Shown in pieces: positions 22,720 to 32,399 of a stretch of 64,000 bases of DNA. The stretch is from a bacterium (Candidatus Blackallbacteria) CG13_big_fil_rev_8_21_14_2_50_49_14. GTDB taxonomy: Bacteria > Cyanobacteriota > Sericytochromatia > UBA7694. The stretch spans positions 113,615-177,614 of the forward strand of contig PFGG01000035.1 in NCBI GenBank assembly GCA_002783405.1, read 5' to 3'. The notes under the pieces are model-generated. The model was not told the origin of the DNA. It saw only the letters and a program-made list of their open reading frames with translations, and did not search any database. The position numbers and the translations under genes are program-made. Numbering within the stretch: the stretch's first letter is position 1; each line of letters begins with the position of its first letter.

Positions 22720-22792
22720 CGCAGCTATACGCTTGTTTTAGAGCTCGGCAAAGCTTAAACTGCGCTCAGAAAAAACTGAAAAGGAAAAAAAC

Positions 22793-23581
22793 ATGCCCTT
22801 GCCCCCCTTACGAGACTTGTTGGATGTGGCCATGGAAGCAGCCTGGACAGCTGGACGGCAAACCTTGGGCTGGTTCAATACCCGGCTGGAGATTGAGTGG
22901 AAAGCCGATCTCTCCCCTGTGACCCAGGCCGATCGCGAAGCGGAACGCAGCCTGCGCCGGATCATTCACGCCGCATTCCCTGATCACGGAATTCTGGGCG
23001 AAGAATATGGTGAACAACCCGGCACAGAGCCTGTGCGCTGGATTTTGGATCCGATTGACGGCACCCGCTCCTTCGCCCGCGGCATTCCCCTCTATGGCGT
23101 ACAGGTTGGGGTAGAAGTTCAAGGAGAACCTGTGGTCGGCGTGATTTATCTGCCCGTTCTGGATCAAATGCTGGCAGCCCATCAAGGCGGTGGCTGTACT
23201 TTGAATGGACGCCCCTGCCATGTCTCTGACGTGTCTGAACCCAGCCAGGCCCTGCTGATCGCCCATGACCTGCATTTGATCGAGGCGCGCTGGGAGGGCC
23301 TTCCCCACCTGGCCTCAGAAGTGCAAAATTTTCGCAATTGGGGGGATTGTTATTCTTTTTTTCAAGTGATCACAGGCAAAGCTGAAATGGTAATCGAACC
23401 GCGCATGAGCGTCTGGGACAATGCCCCCCTGCTGACTCTGCTCGAAGAAGCCGGAGGCTGTTTTAGCAATTGGCAGGGAAAGCGCACCATTCATGGCGGA
23501 GAAGCCTTGGCCAGCAATGGCAGGTTTCACCCCTATTTGCTCGAAAAACTCAGGAACAGCCGGCCTCTGCCTCAGGCTTGA
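22793..23581 (+). CDS. Inositol monophosphatase-family phosphatase (SuhB/HisN-like)
   Basis: IMPase motifs EEYG, WILDPIDGTRSFARG and WDNAP are present. Ribosome-binding site aaaaggaaaaaaac precedes the start. Confidence 0.85.
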   Translation: MPLPPLRDLLDVAMEAAWTAGRQTLGWFNTRLEIEWKADLSPVTQADREAERSLRRIIHAAFPDHGILGEEYGEQPGTEPVRWILDPIDGTRSFARGIPLYGVQVGVEVQGEPVVGVIYLPVLDQMLAAHQGGGCTLNGRPCHVSDVSEPSQALLIAHDLHLIEARWEGLPHLASEVQNFRNWGDCYSFFQVITGKAEMVIEPRMSVWDNAPLLTLLEEAGGCFSNWQGKRTIHGGEALASNGRFHPYLLEKLRNSRPLPQA

Positions 23582-24018
23582 GTGGCGACGTATTCAGCGG
23601 CGTAGCGCTTCATATCACGAATCATGGCGACCAGGCCATTGGAACGGGTGCTGGACAGGTGTTGATCCAGACCAATCCGTTGAAAGACATTCAATTCGGC
23701 CTGTAGAATTTCAGCGGGCGTATGACCAGAAAGCATACGCACAAGCAGACTGACCAATCCTTTAACAATCATGGCCTCGCTGTCGGCCTGAAACTGAATC
23801 ACACCCGTTTGGGGATCAAACTCAGCATTGAGCCAGACATTGGATTGACAGCCGAGAATACGCTTTGCTTCAATTTTATGCTCTGGGGCCAAGGGGGGAA
23901 GTTCCATTCCCAATTCGATCAAATATTCGTATTTTTCAGACCAATCTGAAAAATCAGAGAAATCCGCAACAATCAGATCCTGGATTTCTGTAATGCTCTG
24001 GCTCATATACCGCCCCAT
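23572..24018 (-). CDS. SufE-like cysteine desulfuration accessory protein
   Basis: Contains GCQSNVWL, the SufE active-site Cys loop, in about 145 aa. An alternative start at 24006 is possible. Confidence 0.7.
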   Translation of the reverse strand: MGRYMSQSITEIQDLIVADFSDFSDWSEKYEYLIELGMELPPLAPEHKIEAKRILGCQSNVWLNAEFDPQTGVIQFQADSEAMIVKGLVSLLVRMLSGHTPAEILQAELNVFQRIGLDQHLSSTRSNGLVAMIRDMKRYAAEYVATQA

Positions 24019-24070
24019 GTATTTAGACTTGCTCTATTTTAGCCCCAGATTGGGGCCAGGGGGAAGCAGA

Positions 24071-25510
24071 TCAGCCCATCAGCCCCTTGATCCAGTTCAG
24101 GACAAAAACCCCATTGGTCTTAGACACCTTGGGGTCGGCCTTCATTTGCGAAAGGCGTTCCACAAAGACCTGTTTTTCTTCAGGCTTCATATCCCCACGG
24201 CCCTGCCATTCAAAGAAGGTGTCCTGGGCCATCTGGGTCACGGTTTCAGGCGTTACTTCTGTCACTGCGTCTATTTCTTCATTTGAGAAATTGCCCTGGA
24301 TATGGCTCATGGCCGATTCAATATCCTGATCGAGCAGAGGTTTGTCTTTGTCTTTTTCAAGCATTTCAATCTGACGCACCAAGGCCGCCAATTGAATCTT
24401 ATGAATAATGCCTTTATCTGCCAGCATTTTATCGAAAGGCACCACGGTTCCCGCTTTAACATCGGCCTGCAGGAAAGCAAACCCCACAGGTTTGTCTTCG
24501 TGGTTGAGGTTATACGATTTCACCAATTGTTTCTTTTCAATATCTATCTGGGAAATAATCGGCGTAAAAAGCGCGCCCTCGTCGGTATAGGTCATCACCA
24601 TCAGGCTCTTGCGATCTGGGCTGATGGCAATCAGATCACAGGGGTCATCCACTTCGCTGAAGCGTTTGCCGGGCAGCAGAATCGTGCCCTGGTGGCTGTA
24701 ATCTTTAATCGAGAAAATCAAGACAGCCGGTTCCTTGCTGGCATCTGCCAGAACAGCAAAAATCAGGCCCAGTTTATCATCCAGGGTTAAATTCCCCAAA
24801 ATGCCATGCTCGGTATAAATCCGCTCTTTCTGGCGGTTGCTGGGGTTGATCACCAGAATATCCGGGGTATGGTGGTCGGTGATATAAATGGTTTTGGTCT
24901 GTTGTGAATAGGCCACATTGATCGCTTTTTTACTGCCGGGATCGCGCACCTGCAATTGGGCACTGGTCTGGCTGAGCGTAAAATCCGACATAAACAACGT
25001 GCCTGCGGCACGATCGATCAGAAAAATCCCCGTGTTCTGGTGCGGAGGAATAAAGAAATCATAGGGCCCACGCTTCACATCATTGACAGGCACCATCGTA
25101 TTGAGCAGCATATTCATCTGGTAAGCCTGGTTTTTCAGCCAGACATAGCCCCCCTTAAAACTGGGGGTGATTTCTGAATGGCCACGATCCTGTACTCCAG
25201 TAAAAACACCCTTTTCATTGAAGAGTGCGACTTTATTCGAGGCATAGGGTGCCCATTCTCCCTGAAAAGCTGGGGCGGGCATATCAAAAGAAGCCCATTC
25301 ATCCATAGCCTCATTGCCAGCGGGTGCGCTGCGATCCCGCAGCAGGAGACGGCCACTGTTGTGCTCAAGCAGGTAATTGCACTGCAGGGCTTCAATTTTC
25401 ATCAGAATATAGGTCTGAACCGCGATGGCCAGTTGTGAGGCAGAGGCTAAATTCTGCTGAACGGCCAGAGAGCAGAGTTTCTGAACGGATTCGCTTGTTG
25501 TAATTGGCAT
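24071..25510 (-). CDS. Hypothetical protein (479 aa), no recognisable family
   Basis: Long ORF with coding-like composition. No signal peptide and no known motif could be recalled. Confidence 0.5.
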   Translation of the reverse strand: MPITTSESVQKLCSLAVQQNLASASQLAIAVQTYILMKIEALQCNYLLEHNSGRLLLRDRSAPAGNEAMDEWASFDMPAPAFQGEWAPYASNKVALFNEKGVFTGVQDRGHSEITPSFKGGYVWLKNQAYQMNMLLNTMVPVNDVKRGPYDFFIPPHQNTGIFLIDRAAGTLFMSDFTLSQTSAQLQVRDPGSKKAINVAYSQQTKTIYITDHHTPDILVINPSNRQKERIYTEHGILGNLTLDDKLGLIFAVLADASKEPAVLIFSIKDYSHQGTILLPGKRFSEVDDPCDLIAISPDRKSLMVMTYTDEGALFTPIISQIDIEKKQLVKSYNLNHEDKPVGFAFLQADVKAGTVVPFDKMLADKGIIHKIQLAALVRQIEMLEKDKDKPLLDQDIESAMSHIQGNFSNEEIDAVTEVTPETVTQMAQDTFFEWQGRGDMKPEEKQVFVERLSQMKADPKVSKTNGVFVLNWIKGLMG

Positions 25511-25640
25511 ATCTTAATCAAACCAGAGTTCCCAATTTGGCATTCCATCAGTTATACCACGCCCTGTGCGGTTTTCACGAATCTGCGAGACGAAGCGCTG
25601 TTTAACTGGTAAATACATTGTACCCCGAATTGACAAAAAC

Positions 25641-25660
25641 CATGTGCGCGAGGGCACATG
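25641..25660. promoter_or_regulatory. Palindrome CATGTGCgcgaggGCACATG in a divergent intergenic region
   Basis: Seven-bp inverted arms separated by 6 nt lie between divergently transcribed genes. A second short inverted repeat CAAATagcttgcATTTG sits near 25700. Confidence 0.3.
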
Positions 25661-25760
25661 CACGATCTTTCCTGAAAACTTATTGCAAATAGCTTGCATT
25701 TGAATTTTGAGCTGGCTATACTAAAGATATCACCTGCGAATCATAGAAAGATTCACTGCC

Positions 25761-26231
25761 ATGATCCTCTCCGATCGCCCCTTAAAATATCTCGACCAAC
25801 TGGGTGCCACGCTTTCACTGGCCTGTGCCGTGCATTGCGCCCTGCAACCACTTTTGCTGATAGCACTGCCCTTGATGGGCCTGGGCTTTCTGATGGATGA
25901 AACCCTTGAAACCGTTTTTCTGGCAGTGACCTTGAGCATGGCCGGTTGGGCCTTTTTCTCTGGCTTTAACCATCACCGCAAAGGCTCTGTGTTTGTCTTT
26001 TGGGGCTTGGCTGCCCTTTTAATCGGTGCCAGCCGTGTGCAGTTTCTTGAAAGCTATGAAATGCTTCTGGCTGTCAGCGGCGCTCTGGCCTTGATGTCTG
26101 GGCATCTGCTCAATCAGCATCTTCACCGCCAATACCATCTGCAGATCGCACCGATTCGCGCCACCATCGCAAAGCAGCTCGGCACGGGGCTTTTAAAAAC
26201 CGAGAAGATCAGCCACTCCTGCCAGCACTGA
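25761..26231 (+). CDS. Small polytopic membrane protein with a CAVHCA motif (MerC-domain-like)
   Basis: Four hydrophobic segments, with a Cys pair in TM1 (LACAVHCALQP). Confidence 0.4.
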   Translation: MILSDRPLKYLDQLGATLSLACAVHCALQPLLLIALPLMGLGFLMDETLETVFLAVTLSMAGWAFFSGFNHHRKGSVFVFWGLAALLIGASRVQFLESYEMLLAVSGALALMSGHLLNQHLHRQYHLQIAPIRATIAKQLGTGLLKTEKISHSCQH

Positions 26232-26517
26232 AGTGCGCAGCCTGCCTTCGCAGACCTGCAACGTGCCTTCCTCTGTTTTATCTCACACAACGTAAAACTT
26301 CAGCATTCTGGGCACCCTTGGTGTGCGGGCCAAAGCGTTCTGCCCGTATGACATAGAATATCCCTCAAGGGGAACCCCATCAGGCCCGGCCAGCAAAGCT
26401 GGCTAAATTGTTATTTTTAATAGAAATTATCTATCAAAAATTAAAAAATAAACGATTTTACAAATCATAAGATTTCCTGCATACTCACATTAAGCAAACA
26501 AACAGGAGATCAAAACC

Positions 26518-27249
26518 ATGAAAAACAGTGAAGGCCAAAAAGTTCCCCAGGTGGTATTCAAAACCCGTACCCCCGAAGGGCAGTGGCAAGACGTTTCAAG
26601 CGATGAGATTTTCACGGGCAAAACCGTGGTGCTCTTCGCTCTGCCCGGAGCCTTTACCCCCACCTGCTCAAGCACCCATGTCCCCGGCTATAATGCCCTG
26701 GCTCCCGTCTTTCGTGAGAATGGCGTCGATGAAATTGTCTGTCTTTCTGTGAATGACGCCTTTGTCATGGATGCCTGGAAAAAAGATCAGGGGGCCGATC
26801 AGATCCGCTTTCTGCCCGATGGCAATGGTGAATTCAGCGAAGCCATGGAGCTGCTGGTCGATAAAAGTGAGATTGGCTTTGGCAAACGCTCCTGGCGCTA
26901 CTCCATGCTGGTACGCAATGGCAAGATTGAAAAAATGTTCATTGAACCCGAAAAGCCAGGAGACCCCTTTGAGGTCTCTGACGCCGATACCATGCTGGCG
27001 TATCTGAATCCTGAAGCCAAAGCACCTGAATATATCAGCCTGATCACCCGTGCGGGCTGTCCGCACTGTACCCGTGCCAAAACCCTGCTCAAAAACCGGG
27101 GCCTGGCCTTTGAAGAGATCGAACTGAACGAACAGATCACCACCCGCTCGATTGAAGCCATTACGGGCCGGGCCACCACACCGCAGGTCTTTATCGGCGG
27201 TCGGCATATCGGCGGTGCCGATGAATTGGCTGCCTTCCTGGGCGAATAG
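26518..27249 (+). CDS. Hybrid peroxiredoxin (Prx5-type) fused to glutaredoxin
   Basis: The N-terminal Prx5 domain has the peroxidatic Cys in PGAFTPTCS. The C-terminal Grx domain has CPHCTRAK and TTPQVFIGGRHIGG. Ribosome-binding site acaggagat precedes the start. Same architecture as the known PGdx/Prx-Grx hybrids. Confidence 0.85.
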   Translation: MKNSEGQKVPQVVFKTRTPEGQWQDVSSDEIFTGKTVVLFALPGAFTPTCSSTHVPGYNALAPVFRENGVDEIVCLSVNDAFVMDAWKKDQGADQIRFLPDGNGEFSEAMELLVDKSEIGFGKRSWRYSMLVRNGKIEKMFIEPEKPGDPFEVSDADTMLAYLNPEAKAPEYISLITRAGCPHCTRAKTLLKNRGLAFEEIELNEQITTRSIEAITGRATTPQVFIGGRHIGGADELAAFLGE

Positions 27250-27272
27250 GATAAAAAGAGAGGATTGAAACC

Positions 27273-28718
27273 ATGCAAGTACGTCATGTTGATGTCGCTG
27301 TAATTGGCGGAGGAACCGCCGGACTCGCCGCCTGGCGGGAAGCCACCCAAGCAGGAGCAGAGGCCCTGCTGATCGAGGGGGGCCCCTATGGCACAACCTG
27401 CGCACGGGTAGGCTGCATGCCCAGCAAACTGTTGATTGCTGCAGCAGAAGCCGCCCGAGCGGTACGCAAGGCACCGGCTTTTGGCATTCAATCCTCTTTG
27501 CCCCAGATTGACGGGAAAGCCGTCATGGCAAGGGTTCGCAGTGAACGCGACCGCTTTGTGGGCTTTGTGCTCGAGGGCGTGGAGGCCATTCCCGCCGAAC
27601 TGCGGATACAAGGCTACGCCCGCTTTCTCAGCCCTACTCGCCTGCAGGTCGGTGACGATCTACAAATTGAAGCCCAAGCCATTGTGATCGCCACCGGTTC
27701 GAGTCCCTGGGTGCCCCCTCTGCTGCAAAATCTGGGCAATCGCCTGATCGACAACGAAGCACTTTTCAATTGGGAAGATTTGCCTGAATCTGTAGCGGTT
27801 TTTGGCGCTGGAGTGGTGGGGTTGGAGCTGGGACAGGCCCTTCACCAGCTGGGGGTACGGGTACATCTCTTCGGCGTGCGGGGAGCTGTGGGTGCGCTGA
27901 CCGATCCTGAGATCAAAGCAGAAGCCCAGGCCCTGTTTGCGGCTGAGTTTCCCTTTCAGACCGATGCTCGGGTAGAACGTGTTGAGCGCAGCGAAACAGG
28001 GGTTCGCATCAGCTACCTGAACACCCAGGACGAAACCATCAGCGAAAGCTTTGACTATGTCCTGGCAGCCACCGGCCGCTGGCCCAATCTCAGCCGTTTG
28101 GGGATTGAGGTTCTGGGCTTGCCACTGAACCGTTTGGGCTTGCCAGAATTTGACCCCCACACCCTTCAAATCGGGCGTTTGCCGATCTTTCTGGCGGGAG
28201 ATGTCAACAATGACCGCCCCCTGCTGCACGAGGCTGTGGATGAAGGCCGGATCGCGGGTGCAAATGCTGCGCATTGGCCCCAGCTACAGGCGGGCCAGCG
28301 CCGTTCACCGCTTTCGGTAATCTTTACCCACCCCCAGATCGCCATGATCGGTCAAAACTACAGCCAGCTCGATCTGGCCTGTAGCGCGATTGGCGAGGTC
28401 TCTTTCAAGCGTCAGGGGCGCAGCCGGGTCATGCTCGAAAATGAAGGGCGTTTGCGCATCTACGCCGATCACCGCAGCCGCCGTCTGCTCGGTGCAGAAA
28501 TGATCGGCCCCCGTGCCGAGCACCTGGCCCATTTGCTGGCCTGGGCGCACCAGCAGCAGCTGACCATTGATCAGTTGTTGGAAATGCCCTTTTACCACCC
28601 CGTGATCGAAGAGGGGGTGCGCACTGCGCTGCAGGAAACTCAGAAGGCCCTCAATCTGGGACCCGCCCGTGGCAAATGCGATTGTGGACTGCCTGAACCC
28701 GAGTTGATGCTGGGATAA
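27273..28718 (+). CDS. Class I pyridine nucleotide-disulfide oxidoreductase (glutathione / glutathione-amide reductase or dihydrolipoamide dehydrogenase family)
   Basis: FAD motif VIGGGTAGL. Redox-active disulfide GTTCARVGCMPSK. NAD(P) motif VFGAGVVGLELG. C-terminal HPVIEEG interface His-Glu pair. Lies 24 nt downstream of the prx-grx gene. Confidence 0.8.
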   Translation: MQVRHVDVAVIGGGTAGLAAWREATQAGAEALLIEGGPYGTTCARVGCMPSKLLIAAAEAARAVRKAPAFGIQSSLPQIDGKAVMARVRSERDRFVGFVLEGVEAIPAELRIQGYARFLSPTRLQVGDDLQIEAQAIVIATGSSPWVPPLLQNLGNRLIDNEALFNWEDLPESVAVFGAGVVGLELGQALHQLGVRVHLFGVRGAVGALTDPEIKAEAQALFAAEFPFQTDARVERVERSETGVRISYLNTQDETISESFDYVLAATGRWPNLSRLGIEVLGLPLNRLGLPEFDPHTLQIGRLPIFLAGDVNNDRPLLHEAVDEGRIAGANAAHWPQLQAGQRRSPLSVIFTHPQIAMIGQNYSQLDLACSAIGEVSFKRQGRSRVMLENEGRLRIYADHRSRRLLGAEMIGPRAEHLAHLLAWAHQQQLTIDQLLEMPFYHPVIEEGVRTALQETQKALNLGPARGKCDCGLPEPELMLG

Positions 28719-28726
28719 TTTTCTCG

Positions 28727-28768
28727 ACACAAGCAGGGGTTGAAAAGCCCCTGCTTGTGTGTTTTGAT
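28727..28768 (+). terminator. Rho-independent terminator closing the prx-grx/reductase operon
   Basis: Stem acacaagcagggg / cccctgcttgtgt around an 8-nt loop, followed by gttttgatat. Confidence 0.7.
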
Positions 28769-28818
28769 ATATGATATTTTCATTCATCGATATCAGCAAG
28801 CCAGAGTAAACTCAACAA

Positions 28819-31800
28819 ATGCACTTACCATCTTCATTTAAAGCCGTTCTTTTATTTACCCTGATAGGACTTTTTAGATTTATTGTTCCTTTACCCAGCC
28901 AAGCTACTCAACCCGAATTAAGTTTTCAGAAATGGGCTTATCCTGAAGCCATGGAAGTAAGCCCAGATGGACGGTTTCTTCTCAGTATCGGCAATGGCTC
29001 TCTTCAAGTTTGGGATGCCCGTACAAGCAAACAGTTGTATCAATTAAATGATGTAGTTGCCTATTGTAACCCGCCACTTTGGATCGCTCCAGATTCAAGT
29101 AGCTTTGCATCTAATTGCAGTAACGATATCTTGAGCTCAGCACAGAATCTGAGAGTCTGGAAAATGAGCAGTGGACAGAAAATAGAATCCACAGCAGATC
29201 TTCAGATCGCTCTGAATACCCCCTTTGACATCAGCCCGGACGGCCAATATCTAGCAATACTCCAAAAAGTTAAAGAGAAAAATAACTTTCGTATCGCAAT
29301 CATTGATCGAAAAAACAATGAAATTAAACAGGTAATAGATAATCTCGCTGTATTACCTGAAATCATCCGTTTTATAAATCAGGGCCGTTTTCTTGTCTTC
29401 AGCATGGGAATTCCCGAAAAAGAGAAAGTTCCCTTTGGCAACTCAGGTAAGGTTGAAAAAGATCCCTATTTGATGATTTGGGATCTTCAAAATAAAAAAC
29501 CGGCCAAAACCTTGCAAAACAAAGGCTGGACAAGTCAGGCCAGTACGCCTGCAATTACTCAACTAAACCCTTTAATTGATCAAGCGGGAAAAATAATGGT
29601 CATCTTTCCTGGAAATACCTTTTCTGGAATTGAAAATCAAAACACCCCTGAAATATGGAGTTTAGAATCTGGAGAGCTTCTCCATACCCTGCCAACCAGA
29701 ACAAGCACACAGAAAATGCAAACCCTCAGCAAAGACGGAAACCTACTAGCCTATGAAGATAAAAACCAACTCCTCCTTTACCATCTTCCTTCTCAGCGTT
29801 ATCTCTTCAAAAAAAGCCTTTCTGAAAAACCAAAACCACTGAGTTTTTCTTACGACAATCGCTATCTATACCTGGCAAATCTTAAACAAGGAATTCAAAT
29901 TCTAGATATAAACGAACAGAAAATAACGCAAAATCTTCAGGGGCATTTTTCTCTCAATCAACGCTCTGAATACAGTCCAGAAGCAGGTATTCTTATCCAA
30001 ATGGGTTTAGATTGGATCCAAGATATTGACAAACCTTATATACAAATCTGGAATATGCGTCAGGGAACACGCAGTTTTGTTGTTACAAACAAAACAAATC
30101 CCAATCCTCCAGATGATTTCAAACTCAGCAAAGATGGTAAAACCTTAGCGGTTCTGAATCGACACAAAATAGCTACTTCTGAAAATGGCTATGAACTCAA
30201 TCTGTATACCCTTCAAAATGGAATTCCTCAAAAATTACGCACCCTTACGTTTCCTTACCTTGCACAAAGTCGCTTCATTAAAGAACAAGGCTTATCAAAA
30301 AAACTTTGGGAATTCAGTTCAAACGGCAAATTCATTTATTTTGCCGAAAATTTATATCCTCCTTCACCCAATCAAAAGGTCATCATCAAACGTTTAGATC
30401 TGCAATCGGAAAAAATTGAAACGCTGATACCCCTTTCAGCTTTGGAAAGTTTTCATATTTCGCCCCAAGAAGATCTTCTGATTGCAGAAGAACAACGCAA
30501 AACCCAATTTTGGTCACTTCAAAACAAAACACTTTTACATGAAAATCAATTCAATGGCCCAACAAATTCTTACCGTTTTATTTCCCACCAAGCCTTCAGT
30601 CCTGATGGAAAATTCTATATCCTCAATTCAATTTCCCATCCGACTGAAATTTGGTCCCTGAAAGATTTAAAAAAAATACAAACCTTAACCCCTGCAATGT
30701 TTTTCACGAGCAAAGAACAAGCACAATTGCCTTTAAATCATATATACAAAAGCCTATTTTCACCCGATGGGAAATATTTAGTGACTTTTTATCCCGCCAA
30801 ACCCGATATGATTACAAATGGCACAACACAACTAGGCATAGCCATTTGGCGAACCTCCGACTGGCATTTAATTGCAAATAAAGAGGTTCCCAGTTTCTGG
30901 GGGCTTCCCCCTGGAATCAGCTTTAATAACGAGAATCAAATCTGGGCCTATACCCCTAGCGAAATTCTGGAATGGAATAGTAAAACCGATGCCATCACCC
31001 GCTTTTACTTGACTGGATCGGCTCAGGGCTGGGTTCTGGCCACAGATCAGGGATACTACCGAGCCTCTCAAAATGGGGTGGATATGTTTGCCTTTCATGT
31101 TGGCGAACACGCTTTTCCCTTTGAACAGTTTGATCTAAATTTCAACCGACCTGATAAAATTCTGGAAGCCTTAAATGCCCCAAAAGACGAGATTCAACTC
31201 CACCATCAGGTTTGGCAAAAACGACTGCGGCGCTTGAATATCCGTGAAGAATGGCTGAAACCCAGTTTTCACCTGCCCGAACTTACTTTACTCACCGAGC
31301 AGATTCCACCAGCAACTTCAGAACCCCGTCTGAAACTCAAGGTGCTGGCCAAAGACTCAGATTTTACTCTGGACAGGCTGATGGTCTACGATAACGATGT
31401 GCCGATTCACGGACGCAAAGGCCTCTCTTTAAACGCCGAAAACCTGCACAGTCTGGAACAAGAAATTGAAATTCCCCTGGTGCCTGGTACCAATAAAATT
31501 CAGGTCTCTGTGCTGAATCGAGCAGGAACAGAATCACTGCGTGAAACAGTCAGTATTCATTTCACGGGCCAAACAGCCTCACCGGTTTTACACCTGATCA
31601 CCGTTGGTGTTTCCGATTACCGCCAGAAAAACTTTAATCTGCGTTATGCAGCCAAAGATGCCCAGGATATTCACAACTATTTCAAAACCAAAACCACTTT
31701 AAAATATGAACTCCGACCGACCCAGTTGCTGAACCGCCAAGTCAGCCGGGAAGCGGTTCTCAAACTGCGAAAGCAACTGGAACAGAGCCGGCCTCAGGAT

Positions 31801-32397
31801 CGTGTAATTCTCTTCTTTGCGGGTCATGGCCTGCTTGATCAGGAAAAAAACTATTATTTCGCCCCCCATGAAATTGACTTCGATCACCCTGAAAAACAGG
31901 GGCTGCGCTTTGAAGAAATCGAAGATCTGCTCGATGGCATTCCCGCCCGCGAAAAGCTGCTCCTGATTGACACTTGCAATGCCGGTGAATTGGATAAGGA
32001 ACTCCAGGCTGAACAGATCAGTTTCACTCAACCCCAGGGACAGGTAAAAGCCCGGGCAATTCGCGGTTTCAAGATCACACAACACCTGGGCATGAATAAA
32101 CTCAATCAACTGCTTGAAGAGAGTTTTCTGGATCTGCGCAGGGATACCGGCGCAACGATCATTACCTCCAGCCAGGGGCTTGAATACGCCCTGGAATCTG
32201 CCCAATGGAAAAACGGTGTCTTTACCTTTGCCTTACTCGATGGCCTGAAAAGCAGAAAAGCCGATCTCAACGCCGATGGCGAGGTCAGAGTATCTGAACT
32301 CAAGAGCTATATTATCCAAAAGGTTCAGGAGCTGACCCGTTCTGCACAAACCCCCAATTTCAGGCGTGTCAATCTCAACAATGACTTTACGTTTTAA
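28819..32397 (+). CDS. Secreted multi-blade beta-propeller (WD40/PD40-like repeats) protein with a C-terminal caspase-like peptidase C14 domain
   Basis: N-terminal signal peptide. About 850 aa of repeats with recurring SPDG(K/Q)(Y/F)L blade motifs. The C-terminus reads HLITVGVSDYR...ILFFAGHGL...LLLIDTCNAGE, a caspase His/Cys dyad in canonical spacing. Confidence 0.8.
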   Translation: MHLPSSFKAVLLFTLIGLFRFIVPLPSQATQPELSFQKWAYPEAMEVSPDGRFLLSIGNGSLQVWDARTSKQLYQLNDVVAYCNPPLWIAPDSSSFASNCSNDILSSAQNLRVWKMSSGQKIESTADLQIALNTPFDISPDGQYLAILQKVKEKNNFRIAIIDRKNNEIKQVIDNLAVLPEIIRFINQGRFLVFSMGIPEKEKVPFGNSGKVEKDPYLMIWDLQNKKPAKTLQNKGWTSQASTPAITQLNPLIDQAGKIMVIFPGNTFSGIENQNTPEIWSLESGELLHTLPTRTSTQKMQTLSKDGNLLAYEDKNQLLLYHLPSQRYLFKKSLSEKPKPLSFSYDNRYLYLANLKQGIQILDINEQKITQNLQGHFSLNQRSEYSPEAGILIQMGLDWIQDIDKPYIQIWNMRQGTRSFVVTNKTNPNPPDDFKLSKDGKTLAVLNRHKIATSENGYELNLYTLQNGIPQKLRTLTFPYLAQSRFIKEQGLSKKLWEFSSNGKFIYFAENLYPPSPNQKVIIKRLDLQSEKIETLIPLSALESFHISPQEDLLIAEEQRKTQFWSLQNKTLLHENQFNGPTNSYRFISHQAFSPDGKFYILNSISHPTEIWSLKDLKKIQTLTPAMFFTSKEQAQLPLNHIYKSLFSPDGKYLVTFYPAKPDMITNGTTQLGIAIWRTSDWHLIANKEVPSFWGLPPGISFNNENQIWAYTPSEILEWNSKTDAITRFYLTGSAQGWVLATDQGYYRASQNGVDMFAFHVGEHAFPFEQFDLNFNRPDKILEALNAPKDEIQLHHQVWQKRLRRLNIREEWLKPSFHLPELTLLTEQIPPATSEPRLKLKVLAKDSDFTLDRLMVYDNDVPIHGRKGLSLNAENLHSLEQEIEIPLVPGTNKIQVSVLNRAGTESLRETVSIHFTGQTASPVLHLITVGVSDYRQKNFNLRYAAKDAQDIHNYFKTKTTLKYELRPTQLLNRQVSREAVLKLRKQLEQSRPQDRVILFFAGHGLLDQEKNYYFAPHEIDFDHPEKQGLRFEEIEDLLDGIPAREKLLLIDTCNAGELDKELQAEQISFTQPQGQVKARAIRGFKITQHLGMNKLNQLLEESFLDLRRDTGATIITSSQGLEYALESAQWKNGVFTFALLDGLKSRKADLNADGEVRVSELKSYIIQKVQELTRSAQTPNFRRVNLNNDFTF

Positions 32398-32399
32398 CG

